Positions 9,776 to 19,800 of a DNA stretch of 59,939 nt are shown here, one piece after another. Position 1 is the stretch's first letter, and every line of letters starts with the position of its first letter. The translations under genes were made by a program, and so were the position numbers. The stretch covers positions 1-59,939 of IMG/VR virus record IMGVR_UViG_3300050016_000385. One strand, given 5' to 3'. The DNA comes from a virus. Taxonomy: Duplodnaviria; Caudoviricetes. The notes below the pieces were generated by a model that was given only the letters and a program-made list of their open reading frames with translations, did no database searches and was not told the DNA's origin.

Positions 9776-10852
9776 TTAGTGGCGGCCGATCCTGATCGGC
9801 TTGCGTTTCGATTGGTCGAGACGGGAAAGCGTCTGGGCGTAGCGAATGTTGGCCGAGGTCAAATCGCCTTGTTCCACCAGTGGCGCGACGGCTTCGGCGG
9901 CCGTCTCTTTGGCGCTCTTGTAGGCTGGCTCGGGGTGCGACATGACTAGATACTTACCGGCATCGAGTGCGTGGTTGTCTTTCTGGACAATGGCTTCGGA
10001 GGTGTTCCGGCTCAGGAGTTGCTGTGCCGTCAGCTTCACCCGCCGCATCCGCATCATCTCCCACAGCAGGTTCGGGCAATCCCAGTTGTGCAGGCCGGGC
10101 TGCGGACTCTCGGAGAAGTTGCGACACACGATTTTCAATGTCGGCTGCCGGTGTTCGAGGTCGCGCCAGTGCATCAACACACGTTCTCCGAAGCTGATGT
10201 CGGAGTGGTCGCCGTGAAAGGGAGAAAAAATCTCGATGCCGTTCTCTACGTAAATCTCGTTCAGCGATTTCGCCCGCTCGTCTTTTCGCGTGGGTACGTT
10301 GGCTTGGGCGTTCAACGGGAAGATCGATGGGTCGGCATAACAAACCGAGATGCGGCGGATGTCGGCCATCTGTTTCAGCGTAATGGCGTGCTCCCAGATT
10401 TCCCGCCCCGGCTGGTAATATTCGCCGCAGAAAAACAAGTTGCCTTCGTAGTCGCAGTAGACCCGTTCCATCGACGTGGGATTCGCGCGTCCGTGGTCAA
10501 ACCCTGCTTCCACTCTCCACTTCGGATCGGGCTGCCAGCGCGGGTCTTCGATGACGATTTTCTTCCAGTGCGTGACCAGGGTGTCGGCCAACACCAGCTC
10601 GCCGCCGCCCGCGTTGTCTATAATTTCCTGCTCGCGATCCCATGACGCCTGCGAGGTATATTTGCGCCGCTCCTGCAGCTTCCACTCCGGGTTAATGTCC
10701 GGATCGCGCGCGGGATCGGCGGAGTAGTGATGACGAATCACCGGGATGCCGCCCTTGGTGCGGCGCAACGTAATCCCGCGCACAATCTCCACCTGCGTCT
10801 GCGGCGGCATCTTCTTGGTCCGCTCCAGAGCTGCGGCGACTTTGCTACTCAC
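9776..10852 (-). CDS. terL: terminase large subunit, C-terminal RNase H-like nuclease part
   Basis: GFDHGRANPT, YADPSIF, KDNHALDAGKY acidic nuclease motifs. Confidence 0.85.
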   Translation of the reverse strand: MSSKVAAALERTKKMPPQTQVEIVRGITLRRTKGGIPVIRHHYSADPARDPDINPEWKLQERRKYTSQASWDREQEIIDNAGGGELVLADTLVTHWKKIVIEDPRWQPDPKWRVEAGFDHGRANPTSMERVYCDYEGNLFFCGEYYQPGREIWEHAITLKQMADIRRISVCYADPSIFPLNAQANVPTRKDERAKSLNEIYVENGIEIFSPFHGDHSDISFGERVLMHWRDLEHRQPTLKIVCRNFSESPQPGLHNWDCPNLLWEMMRMRRVKLTAQQLLSRNTSEAIVQKDNHALDAGKYLVMSHPEPAYKSAKETAAEAVAPLVEQGDLTSANIRYAQTLSRLDQSKRKPIRIGRH

Positions 10853-11561
10853 AATTCACCACGATGTCGTGACGCGCGTCGGCAAACCAGCCGGGACCGG
10901 CCGAGGAGTTGAAAATGATTTTCTCGGGGCCCGCCGCAAGATATTCGTTGTAGCACTCGCCCGCATCCGGCTGGAACGAACTCTCGTCGCTCATCACTGC
11001 CCAGGGGTGATAGGAGCGCATCTGGTCGGCTCCGCCGGGAATGCCGACGACATAGCCTCCAGCCGCCCACTGGCAAGAGAGATCGGATTGCGAGTGCAGC
11101 GGCTTCGATAACGGGTAAGCACCCTGCAGCCACTGCGGCTGCTGCGAATACAAACATTTGACGTACTTGATGAGCTGACGGGCTTTCTCTTCCTTCTGGC
11201 ACTGCAGCACCACGCCGCGCATGGCGACGGTCATCGCATTGATCGTGAGATAGGCGACGATGGCCCAGGACTCCATCATAGTGCGGGATTTCTCGAACCA
11301 TAAAACCGGCTCGCTCGAAGCCAGCAGTTCGAAGATGGCCGGAAAATCGGGGCGCTCCGCCGCCGAGGGGAAGGATTCGTAAGGACTCGATCTGCCTTGT
11401 TTGACCCACTGCTCGTTGTAAGTCTTGGTGTATTGAGTGACCCAAGCGTAGGCGTCACGCGTGGCTTCCCTAGCGCGTTCCGCCAGTTCTTGCGAAGGCT
11501 TACTTCGCTGAATCTGGCTGAGCCGGAGGCGCGCCGTGGCCCGATAAAACTCGGGCTGCAA
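10845..11561 (-). CDS. terL: terminase large subunit, N-terminal ATPase part (start uncertain; TTG 11561 proposed, ORF open to 11645)
   Basis: EKSRTMMESW deviant Walker A, VMSDESSF Walker B, FNSSAGPGWF coupling motif. Confidence 0.8.
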   Translation of the reverse strand: MQPEFYRATARLRLSQIQRSKPSQELAERAREATRDAYAWVTQYTKTYNEQWVKQGRSSPYESFPSAAERPDFPAIFELLASSEPVLWFEKSRTMMESWAIVAYLTINAMTVAMRGVVLQCQKEEKARQLIKYVKCLYSQQPQWLQGAYPLSKPLHSQSDLSCQWAAGGYVVGIPGGADQMRSYHPWAVMSDESSFQPDAGECYNEYLAAGPEKIIFNSSAGPGWFADARHDIVVNCE

Positions 11562-12054
11562 CTGACTTCGGAACAAATCCCGTGTCGGCGAACTCCCGAA
11601 GTTCCTCTTCGCTCCAACCGGCGAACATGTCTGTGTCTCGATCATTTTTGGCGCTGAGGCCGAAAATATCCTTCAGTTCCCGCAAGGCCGCCACGCGAGC
11701 TGAGTCGCTGTCGCCCTTTCGGGCGATGTCGGCGTTCAACATGATGATTTCGTTTCTCCCAATATCCACCACCCGCGCCAGGCGTTTGCCCGATTCGTCG
11801 ATCATCGCGGCCAGCTTCTTCTCGCAGGCTTCGCGGATGTGCGGCTTCGCCATCAACTCCGAGCCCAGCACGGAAGGGTTGTTCGATTTCGGGTAGGCGA
11901 TTTTGGCGGCTTTGCTTTGATTGCCTTTGAACGCCTCAACGAAGGCCAGTTCCTTCGGCGTCCAGGTCGGCTGTTTGCGCGGACCCTTGGGGCCAGTCTT
12001 TTTCTTGGGGCCTGCCTTCTTCGGCTGAGACTTCTTAGCTGGCTTCTTCGGCAT
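11500..12054 (-). CDS. terS: terminase small subunit
   Basis: WTPKELAFVEAF-GNQSKAAKIAY-ELMAKPHIREA HTH pattern, RVAALREL; directly upstream of TerL. Confidence 0.85.
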   Translation of the reverse strand: MPKKPAKKSQPKKAGPKKKTGPKGPRKQPTWTPKELAFVEAFKGNQSKAAKIAYPKSNNPSVLGSELMAKPHIREACEKKLAAMIDESGKRLARVVDIGRNEIIMLNADIARKGDSDSARVAALRELKDIFGLSAKNDRDTDMFAGWSEEELREFADTGFVPKSVAARVLSGHGAPPAQPDSAK

Positions 12055-13414
12055 CGTCCTGAATGGGGAGGAAGAAGTGTCCTCCGAGTTTGATCGGCTC
12101 ACCCGCGCCCTTCACTCCGGCGGCGGCGAGAATGTCTTTGATCTTCTGGGAACGGCCCTGCTTGCCCGGTTGGTTGCGGGATTCGTTGCGCGCGTTGAAC
12201 TTGTCCATCGCATCGTCGTGCGCCGATTTGTTGTCGGCCATCGCTTGCTCTGCGGTCTCGTCGTTTCCCGTCGCTTCCGCTTCGCGGCCCTGCTCATAGG
12301 TCTGGTGCGTCGTGTCGTCCACGTCGTCGATGTCTTGGGGAATGACCTGCACTTCCGCGCTGGTCTCGGGAGAGACTTGTGTCTGCAGGGTGTGAGAGCG
12401 GAATCCGTAGTCGGGATCGCCGTTTTGGAAACGGTCGGATTCGTCAATCACCGGAGCCTGGTCTTTCAGGTTTTGAACGACTTGATCTTTCGCTTCCGGG
12501 GAATCGACGGCGATGCGCCCGGCGAGGAGATCGGTCTGGGTGTTCGGGGCTTTGCCTTCGGTCTGCGCTTTTTGCCGCGCGCGGCTGGCTTCTTTCTTCG
12601 AACGGACTCCGGCGACTCTCGCCCCCTTTACCCCTGTGGTTCCGGCTTCGAGCAGACGGCGGAATTTCGGGGCTTGGGCGGTAGCTGTCGCTTGAGCCCG
12701 TGCCAGATCAGCGGAGGAGTGGGTGACGACGCGGCCGCTTTGCGGATCAGACGTTCCGACTGAAGCGCCGGGACGAACAGCGGTTGGTGAACGCTCTTGT
12801 GCCGTGGCAGCAGGAGGTATCGGCTGCCGACTTTCTGTACGGTTCCCCCCGGCATTGCCAACGGATTGACGATCATCCCCTTGGGTGCCCCGAGGATTAT
12901 CGAGCGACTCTGCTTTCGCTTCTTCTCTTGCGTCATGGTCTTCCACTGTGCCGTTGACGATCTTGGCTGCTAGAGTCTGCGCCGATTTGGGATCGTGGGC
13001 AAGCTCCACCTTGCCGTGAACGATCACCTTGCCGTTGTGCGACATGATCCACTTCGAGGCCGAGTCGTGGGCTTCGGAAATCAAGCGCGCTCTCTGGGTT
13101 TCTGGATGCGCGGCAATGGCGCTGGCGATGGCGCGGGTATGCACGGCGTCGAGCTGGTTGCCGAACGTTTCTTCCGGCGTGGGCTGGGGCGGGCTGGGCG
13201 GCAATCCGTTGGCGACGCGGCTCGACATCTGCTCGACGTGATTCGCTAAACTCATGGCTCGGACGGCATCGCGAAGATCGCTGTGGGGCAAGGCTTTCGG
13301 CGGTGCTTGCGGGGGCATCTTCGGCGTGACAAGGCTCGGCAGAAAGGTGGCCACGGCCTTCTTTCCGTCTTCGTGGGCTTGCGCGAAGGGATCGAGTTGA
13401 GGAAAAGCGCTCAT
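12035..13414 (-). CDS. probable virion/ejected protein with RelA/SpoT-like nucleotidyltransferase domain
   Basis: RSKKEASRARQK, DLLAGRI, YGFRSH, AEVQV, HQTYE in synthetase order (about 12280-12670); AGGAG RBS. Confidence 0.75.
   Translation of the reverse strand: MSAFPQLDPFAQAHEDGKKAVATFLPSLVTPKMPPQAPPKALPHSDLRDAVRAMSLANHVEQMSSRVANGLPPSPPQPTPEETFGNQLDAVHTRAIASAIAAHPETQRARLISEAHDSASKWIMSHNGKVIVHGKVELAHDPKSAQTLAAKIVNGTVEDHDAREEAKAESLDNPRGTQGDDRQSVGNAGGNRTESRQPIPPAATAQERSPTAVRPGASVGTSDPQSGRVVTHSSADLARAQATATAQAPKFRRLLEAGTTGVKGARVAGVRSKKEASRARQKAQTEGKAPNTQTDLLAGRIAVDSPEAKDQVVQNLKDQAPVIDESDRFQNGDPDYGFRSHTLQTQVSPETSAEVQVIPQDIDDVDDTTHQTYEQGREAEATGNDETAEQAMADNKSAHDDAMDKFNARNESRNQPGKQGRSQKIKDILAAAGVKGAGEPIKLGGHFFLPIQDDAEEAS
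12628..12936 (-). CDS. candidate overprinted +1-frame gene inside RelA/SpoT-domain gene
   Basis: ATG after GGAAG; host frame is a low-complexity linker with many A/T-ending codons. Confidence 0.45.
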   Translation of the reverse strand: MTQEKKRKQSRSIILGAPKGMIVNPLAMPGGTVQKVGSRYLLLPRHKSVHQPLFVPALQSERLIRKAAASSPTPPLIWHGLKRQLPPKPRNSAVCSKPEPQG

Positions 13415-13504
13415 AGCTAGGGTGTTTTTGCTCCTGGTCCACCGTCCACTTGCGTAAAAGTAGTCAGGCAGAGCATCCTGTTGGGCGGGAAAAGGGGGAG
13501 TTCC

Positions 13505-13873
13505 ATGAAACGCTGGTTGCTGGTCTCGTTACTCACGCTTCCGCTCTTTGGGCAATCCTTCATCAACGACGATTGCTACCAGTTCAAAATCCATCTCACC
13601 GCATACGATAGTCAATCTTCAAACGATTCGGTAGCCGCCCGCGCTCAAGGAGCCGTCGATGCAAGCACCAGTCTCGGCTATGTGGTAGGGGTAGCAGATG
13701 CGCTCGATGGGCAAGCCTTTTGCCTGCCTGACGGCTTTCGCGCGGGAGAGCTGAAACAGGTCGTCATCAGGTACTTTGATGAGCATCCGACCATTCTGCA
13801 CGAATCGAAGGTCCGGGGTATCCGTGCTGCATTTACTGCCGCCTATCCCTGCCCCGCGCCAAGCGCTCACTGA
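13505..13873 (+). CDS. Rap1a/Tai-family immunity-like secreted protein
   Basis: Signal peptide MKRWLLVSLLTLPLFG|Q; GYVVGVAD...FCLP...VVIRYFDEHP...AFTAAYPC; GGGGGAG RBS. Confidence 0.85.
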   Translation: MKRWLLVSLLTLPLFGQSFINDDCYQFKIHLTAYDSQSSNDSVAARAQGAVDASTSLGYVVGVADALDGQAFCLPDGFRAGELKQVVIRYFDEHPTILHESKVRGIRAAFTAAYPCPAPSAH

Positions 13874-16800
13874 CCCGCCGCCTTCTTCATCTGCAGCTTC
13901 GCGGTCGTGAGTTCCTCATCGAGCGCGTCCGCCGATTGCAAGAGTTGCGAGCGTGAGGTTCTGAGGTCTTCGAGCGCCCGCTTCCGGTCAGCATACGGGA
14001 TCTCGGCGATCTTCACCCGCTCCATTTCGGTGTCGATACTCTTGAGGTCTTTCCCGAGCTCCGCAAGGTCCTTGTTGAACATCAGATACGGAGCCTTCGC
14101 CGGTTCCTGGACGAATCTCTCAGCCGCGTCCGGTTCGCGCTCCGCCAGCGTACTCAAGGTCTGTGAATATCCCATCGCCTTCGCTTCGTTCGCTTTTAAT
14201 CTTTCTTCCGCGCCGGATTTGTAATTCGTGACGCCGATGACGCTGCCCGCGACAGTGGCCCGGTCTAGGCTCTCGAAACTCGTATCAAGGAAGCGGCTCA
14301 CGGCGGGCAGGGCTTTGACCACGGAGAAGGCCAGCATCTTTTCTAGCTTACGCGTAGGCAGCACCGTACCGGGAATGTTCGCATCTTCCGGTCGCCAGAT
14401 TTCTTTTTCTCCGCCTAAGTACTGACGGTTTGAGAGTAGTTCAGTAGCAACGCCGATATCCGGACGCAGATCGCCCGCCAGTCCGCCGCCGCCGCGCAGC
14501 ATGCCTTGTCCTGCCGCACCTGCAATGTCTCGCGTGTCGCCGCCTTCGAGTGCGGCTCGTCCGGCCGCAAGGATAGGTTCGACCAGATGCAGCGCCATCG
14601 GCTCGGTGATTAACCCCGTGCGGTACTTGCGGTCGCCGTAGTGCAGATAGCTGTAGTCGTATTTGTCGGAGTCGCGGTTCTTGCCCGCTTTGTTGAGCGC
14701 GAGGTTTGCGCCCATAACAACCAGCGCAGGGAGCGCCGTCTTGATGGGGTGACGCAGGAACCATTTCAAGCTGGAGAAGTCCCAGCCGGGGAAGAGAAGT
14801 GCCCGCCCCCAACGTTTCATGCGCTCGGTCCAGTTGGCTTTGTTGTAGTTGCCGAAGCCGTCCTCGACGTTCTTGGCGGCTTCCTCTTCGTTCATCCCGG
14901 CGCGGGCATGCAGGAAGTCGTAGGCCAGCACACGGGCTTTTTGGTCGAGCCCGCCGAAGCCTCTGAGGAACTTCGGATCGAACAAAACGCCTTTCGAGAA
15001 CTTGCCGATGGTCCAGCGCGCCCAATTCCTCGGGTCCATATTGCCGAGAACGTAGTCGTGCAGGCTGCCAATATCTTTGGTGTTGGTGTAGGTGCCCCAC
15101 TTCGAGAGCGTGTCGATGGCGTCGTCGGCCAGCCCTTCGGCCATGCGCTCCCGCAGTTCCTTCGAGAAGAAAAGCCTCTGGTAGTAGGGCCATACGCGCG
15201 GGTCCCAGGCTCCGGCTCCCACCGTCGTAGCCAATCGCCGCATGATGTTCAAGACGTGGATGTTGGGGCCAAACAAGCCCACGATCTGATCCTGGAAGAA
15301 GCGCCGGATGGAGTTGCCCTCTTCCGCTCCCCGCGTCATGTCGTAGTGCTCTAAAGCGTCCACCACGTCTTTTGGCGCGAGGTAGCGGTCCAGGGCGCTG
15401 ATCCCCGGCCTGCCGGTGGTCGTCGTGCTCCAGCCGTTCTCGAAATCCCGGATCATCACCTTGTCGTCTTTGGCGGGGTCGTAAGCGCGGTATTCGAGAA
15501 TCTTCTTGGGGCGGTTCTCCGGCTTCGCCAGCTTCATCGACTTGGCGACGTCGGGAGAGTAGTAGGTCTGGCCCCGGTACTCGATCTGCGGCGGCTGGGC
15601 GGTGCCTTCCTTCCACTTCGTTGCTTCGTCGGTGAGCGAGTCGTAAATCTTCTGGTTCAGCGCGGCGTGGTAGGCCTGGGTGAAGCTCTTGACGTAGCCG
15701 GAGAAGTCCTTCGCGCCGTGCTCGTAGAAGTATTGTGCGGTGGCGATGCGCTGTTTCTTGTCGGGGCGGGGGGCTTTGATTCCACCGTAAGATGCGCCCA
15801 GCGAGGGGCCTTCGTCGGTGCGTCCCATCAGCGGTTCGCGCTTGTGCTCGGGGTAGGTGCGCTTCAGATGGTCGAGCACTTCGCCCACTTCTTCGGCGTA
15901 TTCCTGTGCGTCTTTTTGCGATTTGCCGAAGGTCTCCACTTCGTTGCCGTCGCGGTCCACCACCGACCAGTCTCCGTTTTCATCTTCAAGCGTCGAGAGG
16001 TCGCGGCGAACGTGCCAGCCGAGCGAGATGCGGATCGCCGCCAACTCGTCCTGGTACTGCTTGAACTGCTTCACGGCGTCCATCACAGCCGGATCGTCCT
16101 GCGCTTCCTGGAACTGCTCCGGGTGATTCTCCTCTAAGAATTCTCGGGAGTCGGAGTCGGCCATCATCGCGGCGAGCCGGACTTGCGACTCATTCAGTCC
16201 CTTGGCCACCTGCTCCACGTTCGATTCCGCTTTGGCGTGGAAGTAGCGCGGGGCGTTGTCTTTCTCTTTCAGCATCGTTGCGATGGCGGGGTCGTGCTCG
16301 GCGACTCGCTTGTATTTGTCGCCCAGGTCGAGGTTCCGGTCGATGATGCGGTTGATGAATTTCGCGTAGACGGCTTTGGCGGCGGAGAGGGAAGGGGTGA
16401 GGGTGCCGGATTCGCCGGTGAGAAGAGACTCGCGGTCTTCCTTCCGGTGTTCCGGCTTAAATAGCGAAGTCCCTCGGTCACGCTGCTGCGAAGGAAGTTG
16501 AATGCCGCGCTCTGCTTTGGGATTGCCGACGATCTCTCCGAGGTCGCCCGCGCCAAAGAGCGTGGGCTGCTGCTCGCGAGTTTCGCCGCCGGTGAGCGCG
16601 AACGGTTCTGTCGGTTCGGGCTTGGGTTGACTCAGTTGATCGAGCTGACTCTGATAGACGAGGCCCTTTTGCTCTTTGCCGCCGCGTCCGGCGCGGAAGA
16701 CGCGCATCACGGATTGATTGCCGCCGAAGATGTCGAGTTGTTCTCCCGCCGGTTCGACGCGGAAGCCTCTCGATTTCGACCAGTCCTCTAACTCTTCGTC

Positions 16801-19800
16801 GGTGAGGCCGATGGGCTGGGTGGAGTAGGCAGGGCCTTTAGTCGTGGAAGAAGGTCCTTTATCGGCTTTCCCTGTGTCGTCCGGTGGGCCGCTATCCTTT
16901 GCACCAGGTGCACGATTTCGTTCTTCAGTTCCGAGCTGGGCTTCGCTTTGTACTGTTGCTCCAGTTCGTCCCAATGCTTTTCCAGTCCCTCGAGCAATTG
17001 TTCGGGCGAGAGCCGCTTCCCCGGCTCGCCGGATGGCCAGAACTTCTGGGTGATGGGTGACATTGGTTTCTCTCTCGGTGTCGTTAGCATAATCCTGAAT
17101 CGCCTGTAGTTCGTTCAGGTGTTCGATGCCATAGTGTGCCAACGCGGATTCAAAATATACCTTGGCGGCTTCCAAGGCGTCAGTGATGCTGACGCCCTCA
17201 AGCGCTGCCTCACCGCGCATGATGTCCACGATGCCCTCAGCCACGATTGTGGACGCGGGGGCCGGAAGCCCAGCGGCGCGCAACTGCGGAACGATGGAAT
17301 TGGCCCCGAGTTCGGCAAACGCGGGCATTTTTAGACTCTCTTGCCACGGTACGCCGAACCCGATATTTCCTTTTCCGGCGCGGCGTTGCGCGGAGTGGAT
17401 GAGTTCTTCGTGAGCCGTCCCAATTTCTCTAGGGCCTTGGCGTACCAGATTGACGCCCGCGTTCGGGTCGCGGTCGAGTGCCTCATCGAGCGCATCCGCC
17501 AGCCCTCTTAGCTGACGGATTGCTTTTGCGTCAACCTTATTCGCCTCCGCCGATGAGGCAGCGCTTCGCAGCGCCGCGGACGCCCGCCCGACACTGGCCT
17601 TGTCGATGTTTACACCGAGAAAAGCGTGTCCCAGCGAGTGGCTGATGGCTTTTGCCGCAGCGTCATTCACGCGCAAATATGGCGCGATCCCAGCCCTGGT
17701 CTCGATCAGGTCAAAGTTGATGTCTTTGGCGGTGCGCGCAGACAGTGGAAGCGGTTCGTGGAAGACGGGCTGGGCACCGGAGAAGAGGTCTACTGAATCG
17801 TCGGGCTTGGGGGAGTGTGTAACGCCTTCTGGAGGCTCTGGTGTTCCTTCATGTCGTTCAGTACCGCTTCCTTCTCCGCCGCCGAGAGTTTTGGATACTT
17901 CGGCGCGGATGCGGCTGTAGGCTTCGGATTTGACGCTTGCGGCGTTGTCGCCGTCGGCGAGTTGCCGGGCGGATTCATCGAGGATGTTTGCAATTGGCCC
18001 TCCGCGCGCGCTCAGGCGATTATAGACTTCTTCCGCTTGCGCTGCGCCAGTTGAAAGTTGTTTCGATTTCTCCACGTCAATCTTGTTGCCGCCGCGTTCC
18101 AGTTCCGAGGCCCGGTCGCCCTTCGAGACGAAGCCGAAGAGTTTCTTATCTTTCGCCAATTGCTGTTTGATGTGGGCGGAGATCTCCGCCTTCTCTAAGG
18201 CGAGCGAGCGGTTGATCTGCTGGGTTCCGAAAAGATCAGCGGTGGTCTCGGTCGTTTGCCCGGAGCCTTTCACCAGGCGAATCAATTCCGAGAGTGTGTC
18301 GTCGGAGACTTTCTTTCCTGAACGCTCTTTGCGTTCGACTAAATCGAGAACCGCTTTTTGTTCTGCCGGGTCGCTGGTTGCTTCTCCGATGACGACGGCG
18401 CGGCCTTGCGTGAGATCACCCTGCACCACCTGGTTGAAGATGGGTTCGCTGAGATTTGCCAGTGCGACTCCCTTGGCGACCGTGGCTTCGCCGAGCGAGA
18501 TGCCCTTCTCTTTCAAGTCAGCGGGGGTAATGGCGGAATCGCGGAAGAACTTCGCCGCGTCGAGAGCCGTGCCGCGCCCGTCTGCAATGTTTTGTTCCGC
18601 TCCGATGGCGCGGGCGGCGTTGGCGGTCGGAGCAACGATATGCCGGACGACCAGAGTCTTCACTCCCAAACGCTTCGCCAGTTCGTAGCGGTGATGCCCA
18701 TTCACCACGTAGGTCTTGCCGTCGGAGAGATCGCGCCACACCGAGACCATCCCGGCCAGATCGGGATTCCAGACCTTCGTTTCCTTGAGCAACGTGCCTA
18801 CGCCTTCGGCATCGGTCGAGAGTTTGTACTGGAATTTGTTCGGCGCGACTTTCAGGTCGCGGATGTTCATCTCTCCCACGCGGCCCGGTTCGGGCGGAAG
18901 CCCTAAGGTCTGGCGTTCGCGCTCGGGCTTCGTTGGCTCGGGGGCGAGAGACTTCTTTGCGGCTGGCGCTTCCTCGACTTCATGTGCGGCAAATTCACGG
19001 ACAGGCTTCGTCTCACCTTTGGCCGCAATCGTCTCAGCTTGTGGCGCTTGTGTCTCGCTGGCCGGTTTCGATGCCGGTTCCCCCTGCCGCGACGGAATTA
19101 CGAGTGGGCCGGCCGCTGGGTTGCCTTCACGAGCGAGAGGCTTGATTTGTTCCCGGATGGAACGACCGCCACGAACAATGTCTTCGTCGCTGAGTTTCGG
19201 GAATTGTCCACGCAGCCATTCCATGTAGCGACCGTGCGCTTTGTTCGGCGTACTCTGGGCCACGGTATAGAGGGCTAGATCGCGCGGGTCTTCAAACTGC
19301 AACTGGAATAATTTGTCCTGATAGCCGTAACGCGGTTTTGCTCCTGCAAGGTCGCGTGGCAATGCCGGAGCCGCAGCGGTCGTCTCACCTTTCCCTTCGA
19401 GCTTCACCACCTGCTGATTGCCTTGTCTATCCGTGATGGCAATTTCCGACACCGGGAACTTCTGCCCGGACGTCACACTCATCCCCACATAACGGCTGGC
19501 TTTCTCCGGCTTCACGTAGGCGACAGTTGCGTGCGGCTTGTAGTCGAAGTTCGGCTCGCTGAAGTCGCCGTGCTTTTCCAGTTCCGCGTTGATCTGGTGC
19601 AACTCCGGGGCAACGATGGGGGCGTGGATCACGGCGGCGCCGTCGGAGTGTTCGCTGGGCGGGAAAGTTTCCGTTGGTCCAAGAGAGGCTTCAAACGGAG
19701 CGAGCGATGCGAGATACTTCTTTACTCCTTCAACGTCTTCACCCTTGATCCCGTAGCGGACGGTGACGTGGTTGCCGCCTACGTCGATGCCGTCTCCGGC

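Noticed and set aside
9776-12054. Terminase far from portal as a rearrangement
   Set aside because: Matches the ordinary T7-like gene order
14441-15616. 391-aa alternative-frame ORF and many plus-strand antisense ORFs
   Set aside because: Arg/Pro/Gly/Ala-rich shadows expected in high-GC coding DNA; no expression signals
16269-16556. Other +1-frame ORFs (16269-16556, 17115-17318, 20982-21182, 22722-23135) as nested genes
   Set aside because: Mostly Ser/Pro/Arg shadow composition with no clear promoter or RBS
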